DNA of 63,737 nt, counting the filler, from Rhizaria sp. SCN 62-66 (taxonomy: Eukaryota): assembly GCA_001724265.1 (NCBI GenBank). It is 7 parts of 7 records of this genome, joined end to end, with 100 filler letters (N's around TTAATTAATTAA, not from the genome) between each part and the next. Parts side by side here need not be neighbours in the genome. Positions count along the whole stretch, not along the records: positions 39,108 to 48,352 come from MEDY01000576.1; positions 48,453 to 57,709 come from MEDY01000577.1; 5 more parts are not named here. The stretch is one strand, 5' to 3'. Both the position numbers and the translations under genes were made by a program. Shown here piece by piece: positions 46,434 through 57,809 of the stretch (position 1 is its first letter; every line of letters starts with the position of its first letter). The notes beneath the pieces were generated by a model that worked only from the letters and a program-made list of their open reading frames with translations, ran no database searches and was not told the DNA's origin.

Positions 46434-47006
46434 GCGTTTGCTCATGCGCGTGCGCTGCAGGGAACGGAAGAATAACGCACGCAGGGCGCGCTTGCAAATG
46501 CATGCACGTATCAATCGCGATAACTCAGAGGCGCTGCGACCTCTACGCGTTCCCTTGTCATGTGGCGATGACCCCGGACGACTTTGAGCGTCTTTGCTTA
46601 TGGCAACAACTAATATCTCTATTGACTAACCCCAATAACAACTACTACTCCTTTGACAGTCCCTTCGACTCCTCAACGACATGCGTCTTTTATACTGATG
46701 CCGGTTGCGAGACTGTGCTGTCACAGCAGCACAAACCTTCGATACAATACAAAACATGTTTAATGAATGAATATTAGCAGGCAAGGCAACGTGATATTAC
46801 GATTTGTTGTTGTGTATTTATGTTGATCTCAAATGGCGTCTCACTATCAGTCAAAACACACTGCTTATCAGACTGCCTGCTCTGTAATCGCAAGAACACA
46901 GCGCAGTTGGCCCTTTACGCCCTCACACACACACGCACACAGTCGCACAGTCACTGTGTCGATCAAACTCCGTAGCTCTGGTTCTGGTTTCAGCACCGCA
47001 CTTACC

Positions 47007-48035
47007 TCACGCGAGGAGGTCTGCGGCGTCGACCGACGTGGCAGGGCCCTGCTCGGCTGTCTCCCCCGCCTCCTCACTATGGGTCTCGCGGGGCGCGCCC
47101 TTGCCCGTGGCGACGAGCTTAAACGCGATGCGCGACACGGCGTTATCCAGGTGTTTCAGCACGCTGTGGCGCTTGCGCACGGCCTCCAGCTCCTCGGCAG
47201 AGCCCCCGCAGGCGTCTATCAGCGCCCCCGCGGCGGAGCACGCGTCCGAGCTGGAGAAAGAGGACTCGAGCGCGGGGCCAGCGGGCGCGTCCTGGTAGCG
47301 CTGCAGCGCCTCGCGCGCGGCCTGTGGGCGGTCGACCGAGAGCAACAGCACGACCTCAGACAGGTAGTTCTTGTGGAGATCGTTGCCGAACATGTCGAGG
47401 CGGCGCGCATACAGCCGGTTCTGGCGCCGAAGGAGTTCGAGGGCGCCCTCTGCGTCGCCAGCGTCCTTGAGCAGAAACGCGAGCGTCTGCTTGAACGTCT
47501 GCTCGGCCGTCGCGGCGCGGTCCGCGTCCTCGTACACGGCGCAGGCGTCCGACATGAGCTCGCGGCAACTCGCCTTGGCGGCCGCGGTCGGAGTCGCGCC
47601 GCCCGCAGCGATGACGGCCTTGGCGGCGAGCAGAAGCGAGTTGGCGGCGCGGTCCACCTGGTTGTTGAGCATGAAGAAGCGGGAGGCGGCGCGGTAGGCC
47701 TCGGTGGTCTTGGTGGACATCTTGGCAGGGTCACCGAGTGCGCCCTTGGAGTAGAGGGCGGCGATCTCCTCCTGGTCCAGCGCGACTTGGTTGAAGGCGT
47801 TGATCTCCTCATTCGAGCGCGCGCTCATCTCGAGCGCCTCGAGCAGCAGCGTGGCGTGCGCGGCGCCGCAGCGGCGCAGGATGGTCGCGGCGTCGCGGCT
47901 GTAGCGCGACACACTGTCCCAGTCGGGGTTGAAGCGCAGGGACAGGACGGAGGATTTGCTGTACTCCTTGCCCTTCTTCAGCGCCTTCTTCGCGCTCTCG
48001 AGCTCGGAGCGCAGCTTCTCGCCAGTGTATTCCAT
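47007..48035 (-). CDS. NAPG: Gamma-soluble NSF attachment protein (gamma-SNAP)
   Basis: AKKALKKGKEYSKSSVLSLRFNPDWDSVSRY resembles the gamma-SNAP N-terminus. It is followed by TPR-like helices, LKHLDNAVSRI and a C-terminal ADLL. Ends at TGA. Confidence 0.75.
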   Translation of the reverse strand: MEYTGEKLRSELESAKKALKKGKEYSKSSVLSLRFNPDWDSVSRYSRDAATILRRCGAAHATLLLEALEMSARSNEEINAFNQVALDQEEIAALYSKGALGDPAKMSTKTTEAYRAASRFFMLNNQVDRAANSLLLAAKAVIAAGGATPTAAAKASCRELMSDACAVYEDADRAATAEQTFKQTLAFLLKDAGDAEGALELLRRQNRLYARRLDMFGNDLHKNYLSEVVLLLSVDRPQAAREALQRYQDAPAGPALESSFSSSDACSAAGALIDACGGSAEELEAVRKRHSVLKHLDNAVSRIAFKLVATGKGAPRETHSEEAGETAEQGPATSVDAADLLA

Positions 48036-48352
48036 TGCGGGGGAAACCTGAAGTGGTCAGAGAGGGAAACAAGTGTGGGGTTCGTTGGACGAGACAGGTT
48101 AGTTGAGAGTGGCCAAGGGTTGGGCGACATTGGTGACTCGGCCGATTCGAAAACAGTGGTTATTTAAGGATACACTCAATTTCGCATAGTATCATTTAGT
48201 GAATATAGAGAAAATAGCGTCATATCAATATCGCGAATATTTTAGCACCACTGACGTGTGACGCACGACATTTTACATAAAAAAGCATGTGAGACGGTGA
48301 CGAAGACGGCCCACGGTGTATTCCCCTCGCTGTGTCCAAAGGTGGTGTTTCT

Positions 48353-48452
48353 NNNNNNNNNNNNNNNNNNNNNNNNNNNNNNNNNNNNNNNNNNNNTTAA
48401 TTAATTAANNNNNNNNNNNNNNNNNNNNNNNNNNNNNNNNNNNNNNNNNNNN
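48353..48452. other. Artificial contig linker
   Basis: Same 100-nt spacer. Confidence 0.98.
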
Positions 48453-50171
48453 GAGGCCGCCGCCGCCGAGGCCGCCCAGCCCCGCGCCAGCGCCGGGACC
48501 CGCGGCCGCGGCCTCGGCGGCGGCGGCAGCGGCGGCGGCAGCGGCGGCGGAGAGAGAGAGTCCGATTTCGCGGAGGATGGGCTGCACGACCGAGAGGATG
48601 CCGCGCCCGACGGCGGCGGCGAGCTGCCCCGCGATGAGGAAGGCGGCGTCGCGGTGGGCCGGGATGGCCAGCTCGGCCGACACGGCCGCCGCCACGGGCG
48701 CGAGCGCGAGGCGCGTGAAGGCCGCCGGGTTAAGCCGCGCGACCGTGGGCGTGAGCCAGAGTACGGTGTGGCGCACCAGCGGCGCCTTGTGGTCGCGGTA
48801 GAGCGTGATGATGTGGCAGACCTCGCGGTAGCGCTGCAGCGTGAACTGTGGCGCCGAGGTCACCAGCTCTCCCAGCACCAGGAAGGCGGCGTGCAGCGCC
48901 GGCACGGGCGGCGCCTTCTGTGTCAGCTGCGTGACCACCTCATCGAAGAGCGAGAGCAGGCAAGAGTATCGCCACTGCGGGTCGCGGTGGGCCAGCAGCG
49001 CGAGGACCACGCGCAGGGCCTAAAATGGAGTGGACGAGAATATAACACAACAAATTACATAGATATAACATCATTTGTGTGCAAAATGATATGGCATAAA
49101 GTAAAACAATGAAATTTGATCAAGACGATGTAAAATTTGCGATGAAGCATTGCTAGGGACTGTTCATATGATGTCTGTTCTTCATATTTTTGTGGTGTGT
49201 CCCAGTAAACGTACCTCGACGGAGGCTTCGCGCAGGCGCGGTGAGGGGTCGCGCAGGGGCGTCCAAATGCGCGCCACAAACGTGGTGATGTGCGACGTGA
49301 AGTGCGTGGGCGTGCACAGGGCCAACGCCTTGAGCACCAACACCGAGGCCAGGCGCCGCCGCTCCGAGCTTGTGCCGCCGCTGCCGCCGCCGGAGCCGCT
49401 GCCGCTGCCGCCGCCGCCGGAGCCGGAGCTTGAGCCGCCGCTGCCCGAGGACGGCGGCTGCAGCCACTCAAGCGCTTCCTTGATGTGGAAGTGCGTGAAC
49501 TCGACGGTGAGCGCGCCGCCCGCGCGCGCCAGGTTGGCCATGGTGCGCGCCGCCGAGACGAGCACAACATCGGCGACTGAGTCCGCGTGGTGCAGCAAGA
49601 TGCGGAAGCAGTTGGCGAAGCGCACAATGACGGTTTCCTGGAAGTCAGACTTGAAGTTGATCATCTCGGCGATGAGCTGGAGCCCGCCGAGCCGGTGGTC
49701 CGTCAGCGGCGAGTTGGTGAGGTCGAACACTCGGCCCGCCAGGTCGGCGATCAGGCGCGAGGCGTCTTCGGCGCCCTTGTCGCGCACCTCGTCCTCGACG
49801 AACGCGCGCAGGGCCCGCGCCGCGCGCGCGCGCACGTCGGGCGAGGCGTGCTTGAGGCCGCCGTCGAAGAGGCGCGTGAAGGTCGCGGTGATCACGGCCG
49901 GAGATGAAGCCATCTTGCTCGCGCCGCTGCCGGTCCCCGCGCCGGAGCCCGCGCCCGCGCCCAGGCCCATGCCCATGCCCAGGCCGGGGGACGACAGGCC
50001 AGAGAGGCCGGAGAGGCCAGTGAGGCCGAGGCCGAGGCCGGGAATGGCGCCGACGCCGGACGACGACGATAAAGCGGCCGCGGCGGCGGCGGCAGCGGCG
50101 GCAGCGGCGGAGGAGCCGCCGCCCGCGGTGGGGGGCAGCGCGGCGCCCGAGAGCGCGCCACTGCTGCTCAT
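48453..50171 (-). CDS. TOR: TOR kinase N-terminal HEAT region, 3'-truncated
   Basis: Exon 50171..49215, phase-0 intron 49214..49020 (GTACGT...TTTTAG), exon 49019..48453. Motifs are VRFANCFR, EALEWLQ, RRLASVLVLKALA..PT.F and IWTPLRDPSPRLREASVE|ALRVVL (mTOR VWDPKQAIREGAVAALRACL). Confidence 0.9.
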
Positions 50172-51275
50172 ACCGATCCGCGTAAAAGGGCGGGGATCGA
50201 GGGGGAAAGGGGGGAGGATGCCTGCCTTTGTGGAGGCGTTAGGGGCGGGTAGTTGGGCCTACTCGTGCTGTGAGGGGTGTGGTCAGAGAGAAAACTCTCT
50301 GGGAGGGTGGAAAATGGCTTGCTGTTGGCCTGGTGTGTCTGTTGGGGAACAGAGACAAAGGCAATGAAGGTCGGGAAAGCACAGGCAGAAGCGAAGTGCT
50401 ACGCGCGCGAAGTGTGTACCCGAAGGGCAGACAAACGAGAATAGCAATGTAAAGAGGAAAATAGGAAATGTAAGTGTGATTGTCTTCGGTTGGTACAATG
50501 GTGCGCGTAGTGGTGGATGTTATGAAGGAGATATTGAGCGGGAATGGTCGGGGCAGCGAAGCTGCAGTCACCTCCCTCGAAAGCAACGCTAAAAGGCAAT
50601 GATAGTCACTAAGGAATCCGTCAGTAGCGCCAATTCAACGCATACACCATTTGAAAGTGGCGCATCTACACCATATTCGAACAACAAAACTGTTGACGAT
50701 ACCCTCACTGAAAAAAAGATAGATATAGCTTTGCCACCCACAGTCACACTTGGAGGATGCCACTCGGTCGTCGAGTCTCAGCCCCAGTCGGCCGACCGAT
50801 TGCCAGTCAGTCCAGCCGCTCTGCGGCTTGACTTCGCCAGACTGACCGGTGGCTGAGACGACACGAATCGTACTCGAACCCGAAAGTGGTCCTGTATCAC
50901 AGGGAGGCTGGCGCCAGATGGAGACTGTGGAACGTTAAATTGTGGCTGTACTGATTGTTATGGAAAATAGACGTTGGATTATGTCCGAATTGTTTTTGAA
51001 ATTTCTTACAGGCTCGATGAACCCCGCAGTGGACTCACCCAAAGCAAACCCTCTCGATAACGGCTCGCTCACCCTCCCCGACCTCTCTCACATGCTGTCT
51101 TGCACGTCATTGTCAACTCAGTTCGAAACAAGCGTTAGCGATAACGTGTCTCTTGGCTTGTTATACTTGTTGAAGCCGTGCAACCTAACCAGCTGCTTAT
51201 ATCCCCGCGATAAGCAATCTTTTGTCGGGCGACACAACCTTGCAAACAAGCCCCGTTTTTCGCCTTGCCTCACAG

Positions 51276-54200
51276 ATGTCCGCCCCCGCCTCCTCCGCCG
51301 ACCCCACGGCGGCAACGACCGCGCCGCCCAGCAGCGGCAAGCCGTCCGCGTCCCCACGCAAGAAGAAGATGAACCCGAAGCGCCGCGACCTGCTGGCGCA
51401 CCTCTCGCGCCTCGCCGCCGAAGTCAAGACAGCGGAAGACTTGGAGCTGCGCCGCCGCGAGGCCGCCGAGCGCCGCCGCCAGCGCGAGGAAGCCGAGCGC
51501 GCCGCGTACGACAAGCGCTGCCGCGCGGAGGAGCTGGCGCGGCTGGGCGAGGAGGCCGCGGCGGACGACGACTACCTGCAGGACCGCGTGGGTCAGCTCG
51601 TGTCGGAGCAGGAAGACTCGCTGGCGCTCACGCAATGGCACCGATACGTCGGTTGCAATCCGCTGCCAGACGTGCTCAAGGAGCGCGAGCTCAGCGCCTT
51701 TCACTCGCTCTGGCGCGCCTCTGCTGCCGAGGCCGCGGACGCCCACCTCAACGCACACTATTCAAGCAGCAGCAGCAGCAGCAGCAGCAGCTGTAGTAGT
51801 TCTGAGAGCGGGAGCGCCGCGGCGCGGGCCGGCGCGGCGGTGCTGCCGACGGTGGAGAAGTGCCACCTCGCCGAGAGTGTGGTGGCGCTCGCGCAGGTCG
51901 TGCAGGGCGACGCGCTGCAATGGCGCGACCTCGCCCACGAGCAATGGTACCACGACTACGCGCGCCGCCTGCGGGCCACCGCGCGCGACACGATCGATCA
52001 GCTCACGCGCCAGCTCGTTGACTCCGCGCAATCGCTCGACTCGGCCGCCGCAGCCACCGCGGCCGCCTCCGGCAGCGGCAGCGGCGCGGCCGCGGGCGGC
52101 GCGGCGGGGGCCGGCGGCGGCGCGGGCTCCGGCGCCAACGGCGGAGCCACCGGGGCCGCTGAGGGGGACGACGGCAGCACCTTCACGCGCTCCTACGGCA
52201 CGCCCTCGCTGGCCGTGGGCTTTTGGGCGCACGCGCGCGTGCTCAAGAACAAGCGCGCGAAGCAGATCGCCTTCAAGAACTTGAAGCTGTGGATCGACCT
52301 GCCCGCGGCGCTGCAGGCGAGCCGCACGAGCATCCGTGTCACGCACACCAAGTCGTTCAACCCGCTCTTCGACGAGTATCCACCCGACTCGACCGTGCTT
52401 GCTGCAGACGTCCTTGCTGCGGCGAAGGCGGGCGGCCCAGGCGGCGCGCGCGGGCTGGGCGCGACGGCCACTATGGGCAGGGCGGGGGTGACCACGAACA
52501 CGTTCGGCAGCACCGCCACCTTCCCCACGCCCCGCACCTCCCGCGACATCCCCTCCGCGGGCAGCAGCCACAGCGCCTCCTGCGGCGGCCTCGGCGGCAC
52601 GGGCTCGCTTGGGCTGGCGGGCGCAGCGGGCGTGACGGCGGCGCAGGCGACCGAGGCCGCCGCGGCCGCCGCCGCCGCCGCGGCCGCCGCTGCTGAGCGG
52701 GAGGAGGAGGACGCCGCGGCCGCGCTGACAGCGGCCCAGGTGCTGGGCTACTCGGTCACCGACGGGCTCGACTGGGGCCTCTCGCCCACCACGCCCGTGG
52801 TTCCACCGGCCCTCAACGCCTTCCCGGGCGTTGCCGGCAACGGCACGCTCGCCATTACCGCCAACCTCGGCAGTACGCTCTCGGCGACCGTGGGCGCGGG
52901 CGCGATCAGTGCCGGCGCGAGCGCGGGTGCGCAGGCGCAGCAGGCGGCGCTGGCGGCGGCGTTATCATCCGCCGACGCCCTTAAGGCGCCCGCCTTCGCC
53001 GCGGGGCTCAAGATGCCCCCCGGCTTCCTGTCGCCCGAGTACTTCGTGAGCGTGGGCGGCGTGGTGACCGTCGAGCAGCTCGCGCTGCCGCCGCCGCCCA
53101 AGCGCTGGGGCTCCAAGGGGCCCGTCATGCGCGAGGTACGCCGCAAAACAAGGAATCCATGATTTACCTCGACATATGATTGCTATTTGCACATTGCTTA
53201 TATATGTTTATCTGGTGGTGGTGGTGGTGACTCGTTTCTTCTTTCTTCCAATTGTTGTCTCACAATTCTCTCGTTTCGCCATTGTTGTTCTCTCCTTTTG
53301 TATTTCCTTGTTATCATCCTGTTGTTTGTCATCGGCTTGCACAATCCAGGTGGCCTCACTGACGGAGCCGCTGGTGCGCGTGCCGTACCCTGCCGCGGCG
53401 GAGGAAGGCAGCGCGGCCTCGACCTCCCAGGGCCCCGTCAAGCTCTCCTTCGCGCTGCCGCCTCACGTGGTGCTTGCGGAGAAGGCGGCGCCGCGGTTGG
53501 CGACGTGGAGCGCCGAGCACCGCGCGTGGCGCAGCGACGGCATCGCGTTGCTCGGCTACGACGCCATCAAGCGCATGGTGCACGTGCAGGTCGTCGCGCT
53601 CGCGCCCTTCGCCATCATCCAGCCCCGCATGCTTGACTACCCCTACAAGAGGTACGCGCAAGCGACAAAAAAGCGCAAAACATTTAATTTTCCACTTAAT
53701 TCACTGCTAAACTCACTACTATTTGTGTTGTCTCTTGCATTATTTTTTGTGTGGGTGCGAGTTTTTGTTCTATGATAAGATTCGTGCTTATTTATTTTCT
53801 TTTTCCGCCCTCTCTTTGTTCCATCCCACTCAAATTCGTTTAGCTGGCACCTCGCCCCCGCGGGTCCCGGCTGCGCCGTTCTGACGCTGCAGACGCCGCG
53901 CCTGGCGCTCAGCTTCCTAATCTCGCGCTCGGCCGTGGTGCTGACTGCGCCGCGTCTGCCGGAGCTGGCGCCGCTGCTGGACCGCCCCATGGAGCCGGGG
54001 CTACTGCTCTACCGCCTGCGCGCCAGCGGCGTGAACCTCATCCCGCGTGCCGCCGACGGGCCCCGCGCGCGCAAGAAGGTCAAGGAGGAGGGCGCCGAGC
54101 TGCGCGCGCACGAGGAAATCGCCACCATCGCGCCCCTCTGCGAGGTACGGGTTATCGAACTCGCAAATAGCTATAAAACGTCGGATATATGCATATATTG

Positions 54201-55762
54201 AGCTAACATCCGGCAAGTCTCTTGCCGAAATGAAACACATTTATGTGTCTATTATAATAAGGGTATAATTCATTGGCACAATCTCACTTTCCCTAATCTG
54301 TTCGCGTTGGTTGCTTTCTCTGCATTTCCAGGTCTCCAACCTGTCGTGGAACACCACTCGGGACTCGCGCACGTGCCTGGCCCGCTACCGCCTCGCGCCC
54401 GAGGCCCGTCGCGCGACAATCCCGCTCTCCGCGGGCGCCTCCGCGCTGGCCTCGCCGGCGCACGGCCAGAGCGCGGGGCTGACCGCGGCCGCGATCGCGG
54501 CGGCGGGCGCCGACGACGCCGCCGTGGCGGCCGCGGCGGGGCAGGCCGTGTCGGCCTCGGCGGCCGCCAAGAAGGCGCAGCGCAGTGCCGGCGGGGGCGG
54601 CAAGGGCCGCGCGCGGCGGCAGAAGGGCGTGGTTGACTTCGATGATGACTCGCTGCTCGACGGCGACAGCGATGATGACGACGACGACGACGACGGCGCT
54701 GGTGGCAATCCCGACGGCGACGGCGACGACGGCGGCGACGACGATGGCAACGACGCAGACGGCGGCAACGGCGAGGACGAGGACGCCAACGCCGCCGCGG
54801 CTGCCGCAGCGGCCGGAGGGCTGGTGTTCGATGATGCTACGGTCAACAGCGACCTCGCAGTCGCGGCGAGGCTCGCGCACACCGAGGAGGCGCGCGCGCG
54901 CGTGCAAGTACGTTTATCTTCATGTTTCTCCGCAAAATGTATATTATTGTGTTTTACTTAAAACGAATTTATGTTTTGTAATCAAATTGTAGATGTAACT
55001 CTCTGTATAAGATCTCACAGCCAATTTTCCTCATCTTTTGTTTTTCTCTCCACTCTCGTCTAGGCCGCCGTGGCCGCGGGCGAGCTGTCCCCGGCCGACG
55101 CCGAGGCGGCGCTGGCACAGGCGACGGAGGCGGCCGAGGGCGGCTGGCGCGTCGTCTCGTTGAGCGCGGAGAAGCAGTCGGTGCTGCTGGCGACCGAGAG
55201 CGCGTGGTCTGCGCAGATGCCGCCGCTGCGGTCGGCGCACGTGTCGCTGCGCCGCGCCGTGTGCGAGGACGTGGCTTACGAGGGCGACGCCGTCACCGTG
55301 CTCGTTGAGGCCGTCGCGGACGGGGAGGCCGCCGTCGCCGCGCTCAAGGACGAATATGCCAAGTACGTGCCTCGCTACGAAACAAACTTGACTTGCAATA
55401 TTAATCTCGTATATGAACACAATGACGTTGAATGACATCAGAAAGACACAAAGACCCAAATGTATTTGTTCTATCAGTCATATGTGTTTTTAATCACTCA
55501 CTTCAACTTGCTGATCTGTTCCCTTTATGTACGTTGTTTCTTCTGTTCCCTCGCGCGCAGGACCAACTTCCCCGACGTCAAGGCGGAGCTAGACGCCGCC
55601 GAGGTCACGCTGAGCCGCGACAAGGCTGAGCTGGCGGCCGCGCTCGACGTCGCGCAGCGCGCGTTGGGCGAGAAGATGGAGGAGGCTGATGCGAGCACGC
55701 TGATGCTGCAGCAGAACATCGTCGCGCTCTTTAACGTGCTGCGCCCGCTCTCCTTCTGCTAA
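51276..55762 (+). CDS. DNAI7: Axonemal dynein intermediate chain 7 (CASC1/CFAP94/IC97), six exons
   Basis: Exons are 51276..53135, 53350..53651, 53844..54144, 54332..54907, 55064..55362 and 55561..55762. All five introns are GTACG...YAG and phase-consistent. Motifs are QWHRYVGCNPLPDV..ELSAFHSLW, GGVVTVEQLALPP, WSAEHRAWRSDGI, DYPYKSW.LAP, SGVNLIP and C-terminal LRPLSFC. Ends at TAA. Confidence 0.85.
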
Positions 55763-56280
55763 ATCTGCGAAACAAGCGGCACAAGCGAAACAATCTGCGC
55801 CCGCACTCTTCATGCTGAGCCAAGCTAAGCTACGCAAGCGAAGATTATGTCGCAAAATCGTCAGCTTGAGAGGGTGTCACTGCGTTGCATTATGATAAAC
55901 TAGGAATATGAATCAATGAAGAAAAACCCCAATGTATTTTTATAAAGCTTGGTGTCGTTTGTCCCGGTACTAGCGAATGTTTATGATTTTGTGCAAGAGA
56001 TATACACAAGATACATCTTTTATACAGTACATCATTTGGTTTCGGGAAAGGGAATGTGGCGGCAGAACCTTAGACTTGCATAAGGATAAGTTATCGATTT
56101 CCCCCATCTTCATAATTTCGAATAATTAAAAAGAATCATGCATAAAACTCACATATTTTTTTTAAAAAAGTATTATTTTTAATAGGAGAAAGATTGTATA
56201 CAACTAAAACAACATATTTATTTATATAAACACCAATCTTGCATGTTAAACACAATTAAATAACAAATAAGAGCACGGCT

Positions 56281-57652
56281 TTAGAGCACCTGGCTCGTGG
56301 CGTCGACTTCGCGGAGCACCAGGTAGCGGCCAAAGGGCAGGATGACCACAACAAGCGTGTCTTGGCCGCTGTTGCCGCACAGCGAGCCGCCGTGGCCGTG
56401 GCGCACTGCGCGGCCTAGCTTCGCATCGGGGCGGCCTAGTTTCGAGCCATACGACGTCTTCTTGCCCTTCGTAGACTTCTTGGATTTTGACTTGCTCTTG
56501 CTCCTGGCGTCCAAATCACTGTCGCTGTCAGAGTCCCCCTCCTCATCGTCATCATCATCGTCGTCATCGTCATCGCTGGCACTCTCGCCCTCGTCCACCG
56601 CGCGCACAGTCACCCCCCCGCTTCCACGGGCTGCGGCGGCTTTGCGGAGCGTGTGCGAGGGCACGTTGGGCATGCCGCCCACGGTCACGGCGGCCCAGGG
56701 CAGCACGCCCGCGTCGACGAGCGCCCGCGCGGCGCGCGCGGCGGCCACTGCAGCGGCGCTGGGCACAAACCCCCTCACCGAGGCGACCGCGCACAGCCCA
56801 CCCACGTCACCGCTGCTGCCGCTGCTGCCGTTGCTGACACTGCTGCTGCTGACACTGCTGCTGCTGAGTGCGAGGGGCGCGGGGCGGAAGGGGAGGTCGG
56901 GCCAGGGGCCGTGGAAGGCGTAGCGGACGCGGTTGGCGGCCGAGACGAGCCCGGGCGAGTGCAGGAACCGCGCCCGCAGCGCCACGCGCTCGACAGCGGC
57001 CCCCGCCTCGGTACTATGGGGGGGCGCGCCAAGCACGGGCACGCACGCACTGCCGTCGTTGCCATCGCTGCTGCTGCTGTTGGCCGCCGTGAGCAGCGGA
57101 ACCATGCGGAGTGCGACGGCGCCGAGCCAGGACAGCAGCTGCGCCACGGGAAGCGCGAATGTGTCCCGCAGCAGCACGCCGTTGAACGCGCGGTCCACCT
57201 CAGTGGTCTCGGCGCTCTCCGCCGCAGCCGTAGTCGCGGCCGCGGTCGCGGTCGCAGTCGACTTAGTGTGATCGCTGACGAGTGCGAGCGCGAGCGCGGC
57301 GGCGGTGGCGGCGCTCACACTGCCCGCGCCACTAACATTCGCACCAACACCCTTAGACCGCTTGTCCTTGCCCCTGGCGCTGGCGCTGGAGGTGAAGGCG
57401 GTGGCGTTGTTGACTGCCGAGGGGGGCCCGTGGCGCGCGTTGTTGATGTTGCCGTTGCGGCTCGCCGGCGACTGCAGCCTGTCGTCGCTGCCCTTGCCGC
57501 CGGTCTCGACGGGGTACACGAGGTGCGACTGGGCGAGGTAGGGCGCAAACGGCGAAGCCGCGGCCGGAGCCAGCACGCGCGCCGCCACCACGCGCGCGGC
57601 AGCAGTCGCGGCGGAGCTGGGGAACACGGGCTCGCTTGCAGACGCTGCCAGC

Positions 57653-57709
<57 letters not shown>
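56281..57709 (-). CDS. RPP40: RNase P/MRP subunit p40-like C-terminus, 5'-truncated
   Basis: QLLSWLGAV (RPP40 DWLGAV), VRGFVPS (ITGFILP), LPWAAVTVGGMPNVP (PWVTLSVQGFADSP), then HG..G.D.LVVVILP.GRYLV. The frame is open up to the poly-Ala at the contig edge. Ends at TAA. Confidence 0.55.
57652..57709. repeat. (GCG)n / poly-Ala tract running into the contig end
   Basis: A pure trinucleotide run abuts the linker and probably caused the assembly break. Confidence 0.85.
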
Positions 57710-57809
57710 NNNNNNNNNNNNNNNNNNNNNNNNNNNNNNNNNNNNNNNNNNNNTTAATTAATTAANNNNNNNNNNNNNNNNNNNNNNNNNNNNNNNNNNN
57801 NNNNNNNNN
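57710..57809. other. Artificial contig linker
   Basis: Same 100-nt spacer. Confidence 0.98.

Noticed and set aside
50866-50886. Minus-strand GGGTTCGAGT B-box-like motif between TOR and DNAI7
   Set aside because: The T-stem does not pair and there is no cloverleaf.
9546-57809. TTAATTAATTAA flanked by Ns recurring every 9-10 kb, as a possible repeat or transposon target
   Set aside because: It is an identical 100-nt spacer with six-frame stops at each junction, and genes are cut at its edges. It is a concatenation artefact.
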